A stretch of 64,000 bases of DNA from the human T2T-CHM13v2.0 reference genome, Homo sapiens: assembly GCF_009914755.1 (NCBI RefSeq), contig NC_060927.1; one strand, given 5' to 3'. Below the pieces are notes generated by a model. The model was not told the DNA's origin. It ran no database searches and saw only the letters and a list, made by a program, of their open reading frames with translations. The position numbers and the translations under genes were made by a program. Below, piece by piece: positions 58,841 through 64,000 of this stretch; position 1 is the first letter of the stretch; every line of letters begins with the position of its first letter.

Positions 58841-60748
58841 GAGGGAGGGGAATTAGATTTCCAAACAGAGGAGCATAAAAAAAAATGTTCAGCCAGCTCC
58901 AATCCATCATAATTCTCATCTGAAATTCCCACTCTCTGGGTAATTAGCTGGGATTTGAAAGAGCCTAATGAGGAATCCACCTTTCAGAGGTGGCTTCAAA
59001 TATCTTGATCTGAAATCTCCAATGAGGGGTTTTTATTTGCATAAGGGATGTGTAGAAATAATAATTTTCACCGGATGAGTGATTGGTTAAAAATATTTGC
59101 TTGCCAGAAAGACTCTGCAGGCATCACCACCTTTGAGTCAAGGAGGTTTAAGACCCCGGCCAGGATAATATGACAGCACAAACTGAAGGTTAGAAGGTCA
59201 CTTAGCTCTGTGTCCTCCAGTTCTCAGAGGCACCTGTTGTTTGATCCAACTAGAAGGGAATTGATTACAAATGAATGAAATTCTCTCGAAGTTTTCTTAT
59301 TGGAGAGCCCAAGTATAGAAAACAAGATGTCTCTGAGTTTACAGAACAGGTTGCATGATTATTTTGAGCCCACATGCTCTAAGAAATGATTACACAAACA
59401 GAAAATTTGGTCTAAGACTTGTTTTTGTTCTAACATGCTACATAGCAGTGAGCTGTGGGGGAGGAGCCACTTAGCTCCCCGCTACCTTTAAAGTTTGGCT
59501 TGACCAATGTTGCCTCCTTGTTCCAAATCTGATAATGTTGAGCAGCCCTATGGGCTTAGGTCAGTTGGCAATGGAGCTTCTCTCTCTCACATGGACCTTG
59601 GGATTCACATGACTTTGATTTGCATATTTAGTTGCAGGCTGAAGAACTGGAACTGGTAAATTGGAAGGTTGGCTAGGCTGGCCTGCAGCAGGCCCTACTT
59701 CATCTGATTACCAGAAGGAGCAAGAGGCACAAGCAACCACCATTCTTGGCAAGAGTAGGTGGCTCCTGCTGTCCTTGCTTAGTGCAGTGGCCCTGCCCAG
59801 GACAAAGGTGGCCCAAGGGATGTCAGCTGGGCCCATCTCACCAATCATATTCATTACTCCTCCTTCCAAGGGGAGGAGCAGGTAAGAGCTGAAGGGGGTC
59901 ACTCTACTGCTGTTCCCTTCCAGGCAATAGGGAAGAAGCCTCCCCTTGGAAATAAGAGAATAGAGGAAGGGATACCCAAGCAAAAGTATTTAAGACTCTT
60001 GCTGATACCTAGATACAGCTGCAGAGACAATGATGGAATCCTGCAGGGGCAAGGTGGACATGAACCACTGACATTGAAGCTATTATTGTGATACTGTCCT
60101 CACACTGGTGATGGCTGAGGAGAGTGCTATTTTATCCATGTGCATTAGTTGTTTCCTGATGGAGACATGAGGCTCAGGTCTGACATTTCCTATGAACTGC
60201 CCTTTCTTCAGCCACTTTGCACCAGTACAGTTCTCTGACCATGGTGGGATATAAATAAGCATTTGTTGAGTTAATGAGCCCAGCAATAAGAGGCCAGGGC
60301 AGGCAATGGGTCTGGTATGAACATTAGGAAGGTTCTTGGGATGTAATTTTACAAACTTTAATGATGTGCAGAGAAGCAACCTCCTTTTAAATGAAAGCTG
60401 ACTTGTGGACTTCTAGGGTTGATTTACCATTTTAATTTAAATTTTTCTTGTATGTTAAAGTATTTATTTTGAATTTCAAAAACTACAGTATTTTTGATTT
60501 TTAATTAAGAAAAGACATTTTAGAATTTCTAGATAGGACTTTGAAAATAAACATAACACAATATACACAAAAATAAATGACATGGCATTAAATTTTACAT
60601 TGTTTTGCAGTTTCAAATTTCATATGAATGTTCTAAAACAAATTTTAAAATTCTTTTCAATGTTTTGCTTCCCTCGGTGTTCATTATTACCTATTTAGAA
60701 AGTCATAAAAGGCCTAAAAATAAGTTTTTACTCATATTGAAAACCTGA

Positions 60749-61188
<440 letters not shown>

Positions 61189-61581
61189 GAAAGCCTATAT
61201 TTTTATCCTTTGATGGACAAGAACAGAGGGATATCTCCCACTCTCTAAGCTGGTCTAGTTCTAGTCCTAGGCCTGTAAATGTAGACCACAATCCTGGGTT
61301 CCATCAGTGTTATTCTACATTCTTAGCATAATTGTCATGAACATATTTAAAATATTTTAGGCCACTGAGCAGGTGTGGGTTGTCCCCATAGTCAGTAAGA
61401 GGAGAAAGGGAAGCCAGTTCCTGTCTATCTCGATTCCATCTGAAAATATCCATTTGGCTTTGGGATTTGACTGAATGTTGGTATGTTGGCTGAAGTGACA
61501 CCAAAATATTGACTGTAATTGCAAGGGTAAAATGTACTCCTCTGTTTTATTAATAGCTACTAATATAATTTTATATATATA

Positions 61582-61868
61582 TTTTTTGAGACAGGGCCTT
61601 GCTCTGTCACCCAGGCTAGAGTGCAGTAGCATGATCTCAGCTCACTGCAATCTCTGCCTCTTAGGTTCAAGCAATTCTCATGCCTCAGCCTTCTGAGTAG
61701 CTGGATTACAGGTGTGTGCCACCATGCCCAGCTAGTTTTTGTATTTTTAGTAGAGATGGGGTTTCACCATGTTGGCCAGGCTGGTCTCAAACTGCTGGCT
61801 TCAAGTGATCTGCCTGCCTTGGCCTCCTCAAGTGCCAGGATTACAGGAGTGAGCTACTGTGCTCAGCC
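61582..61868 (-). mobile_element. Alu (S/J-like)
   Basis: Full reverse Alu. Confidence 0.93.
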
Positions 61869-61931
61869 AATTTTATAATTTTTTTAAACCAAAAAATTAT
61901 TAAACAATAGCATCCAACCATATAAACTTAG

Positions 61932-61997
61932 ATATATATATATATATACACACACACACATATATATATATACACACACACATATATATATATATAT
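61932..61997. repeat. (TA)n(CA)n compound microsatellite
   Basis: Direct reading. Confidence 0.9.
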
Positions 61998-62715
61998 TTA
62001 CATTCATAAAAATAATGATTAGTTTTCTGGATGAAGAACTGAGGCCCAGAAGTTAACTAGATTAGTGGCTCAAGCTAGGCTGCATTTTAGAATCAAGGCC
62101 ACTGATGCCCAAGTCATAGTGACCAGTGGCATCAGAATCTCTTGGGGTGGGATCCTTTTATTATTATTTTGTAAAGACCCCTAAGTTAAACTTGAAAAGT
62201 GAATTAGCTCATATTAGGTCAGAGATTAATACAAGTTTTACTACTGATTATCTTACCCTAGCAAGTACAGGTTAGTTTTTGTGATTTTCTTATGTATGCT
62301 GTTTCTAATAAAAAAAGAGGTTGATCTCTTGCTCAATGCAACTAAAAGGTGGGCTATAAAATGACACAGGTGATCACAACTCTATCCAAAGACTAGTGAT
62401 GCACCATACTTAATCTCAGCACTAGTTCTTATCCTCAGGTGCTTGTCATTCATTCTTGGGACTTCAAAATAAATACAGATATAGATATCCAGGAACTGCT
62501 TTAGACTAGATAAATCAAAATCAGTCACTAAGAGAGACATCTGAGCATATGAACTTTTAAAAAGGTTCATGATTTTGATGCCTCACCCTGGATGGAGCTC
62601 TCTCATAGTATGCCACATGGTATGTCCTTAGCTGTATTCAGTAAAATTACAGGGAAGCAGATGCCAGTTTAAGAGAAAACAATGAAAATAATTTAGGGCT
62701 ACCCAGTAATAATGG

Positions 62716-63013
62716 ATTTTTTTTTTTTTTTTTTTGAGATGGAGTCTTGCTTTGTTGCCAGGCTGGAGTGCAGTGGCACGATCTCGGCTCACTGCAACCT
62801 GCTTTCCCGGGTTCAAGCAATTCTCCTGCCTCAGCCTCCCTAGTAGCTGGGACAACAGGCATGCGCCACCATGCCCAGCTAATTTTTGTATTTTTAGTAG
62901 AGATGGGGTTTCATCATGTTGGCCAGGATGGTCTCAATCTCTTGACCTCATGATCCGCCCGCCTCTGCCTCCAAAAGTGCTGGGATTATAGGTGTGAGCC
63001 ACCGCGCCCGGCC
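62716..63013 (-). mobile_element. Alu (Sc-like)
   Basis: Full reverse Alu; AATGG flanks. Confidence 0.94.
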
Positions 63014-64000
63014 TGGAATGGTTTTAAAGCAGTGAGCTCTCTGTGGAGGGAAGAATAAAAGCAAAGGTTGAATTACCACTCACTGGGAATGCTATCAAGG
63101 GGTTTCCAAATTCAGTAAGTACTTGGATCACATGATATTTGAGTTTCCTCACAATTCTTAAGTTTCTAAAGCCAAAACTTCCAATAGATCACATTTAATG
63201 GATGTAGACATTGTCATGAAAACTCATGATTTTACCAGAAATTATCACAGTTATTTTGTCTGTAAAATGGATTAGAATTTAGTAGTACTGGTGGAACATT
63301 GCCTCTGACATGAGTCTTATTGCGGGGAATACGTTTCCCCTCCTCTTCATGCTTGGATGGAGGGAAGGGAACTTCTCCTTGCTCCTCCAAAGCGAGAAGT
63401 GTAGGAAAAAGCTCTCTGAACCCTCATTCATTCCTTCCCAACAAAGAACTGTCTCATCCCATGGGTGATACAAGAAGGAACTGAGCATGTGTGGTCCAGC
63501 CCTTGGTGGACCTTGAAAGCTAACTGGTCTCAGAATGCAAAGATGAGCTCTGCCCCAAGAAGGCAGAGGCCCGCAGTTCTCTCCAATCAGGGAGAAATAT
63601 TACAGTGTCTGATTGGAGAAAAATTCAACCTTCTCTATTTCAGCTTATTCACTGATAAAGTGGATATTTTTCTCTTCCTCTGACTCCTGTTTCTTATTTC
63701 TCAATTTGTTCCAAAGTGAAGAGGGGAATAAGAGAGTTACCTGTTGGTGTCCTTAAACCCCTCACCTATCACAATACAGCAATAAACTGTAACTGTCCAT
63801 CTCTATGACACTTGTGTTCTGAAATGGCATTGCATTATTTTTTTCAAGTCAGTGAACTCTCACATTCTAAAGTACAAAAAGGACAAAACATTATATAAAG
63901 TCCCTCTTTCTTTACTGGCATAAAAAATTTGGGATTTCTAACTGCTGAATTGTCTATCCCTAGGAAATAATAACATTTTTCAAGTTTCCAGTTTATTGGG

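Noticed and set aside
59661-60379. GC-balanced stretch with several short ORFs, possible exon or processed pseudogene
   Set aside because: No recognisable protein similarity, consistent splice-site pair or poly-A/TSD; may be an ancient LTR relic and cannot be supported from sequence alone

Overview
Primate, most likely human, non-coding genomic DNA (Alu-rich, CpG-depleted). I found no credible host protein-coding exon, RNA gene, CpG island or CRISPR array; nearly all track ORFs are Alu-, L1- or LTR-derived or random. The largest coherent element is a 7.35-kb minus-strand ERV9/HERV9 provirus (33892-41243). It has two LTR12 LTRs, a 4-bp TSD (ATGT), an Arg-type PBS, a 311-aa open N-terminal gag ORF, and protease, RNase H and env-TM remnants, but RT core, integrase and env-SU are missing. 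The rest is about 38 Alus, old L1M elements (one ~9.5-kb minus-strand copy with many nested insertions), MaLR/ERV1 LTRs, MER/Tigger DNA transposon relics, MIRs and microsatellites. The most unexpected structures are two locally templated insertions: a ~240-bp inverted copy (48234-48475 from 50262-50508) inside an MLT1 LTR, and a direct copy (42992-43443 from 42443-42646) inside an L1. Also notable are a 6-versus-2 copy asymmetry of a 103-bp repeat between the proviral LTRs, an Alu-tail (GAA)24 tract, and two homeodomain-motif-rich unique blocks resembling developmental enhancers. Repeat subfamily names come from my recall of consensus sequences, and boundaries of old repeats are approximate. 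I do not see evidence for a new multi-gene system.
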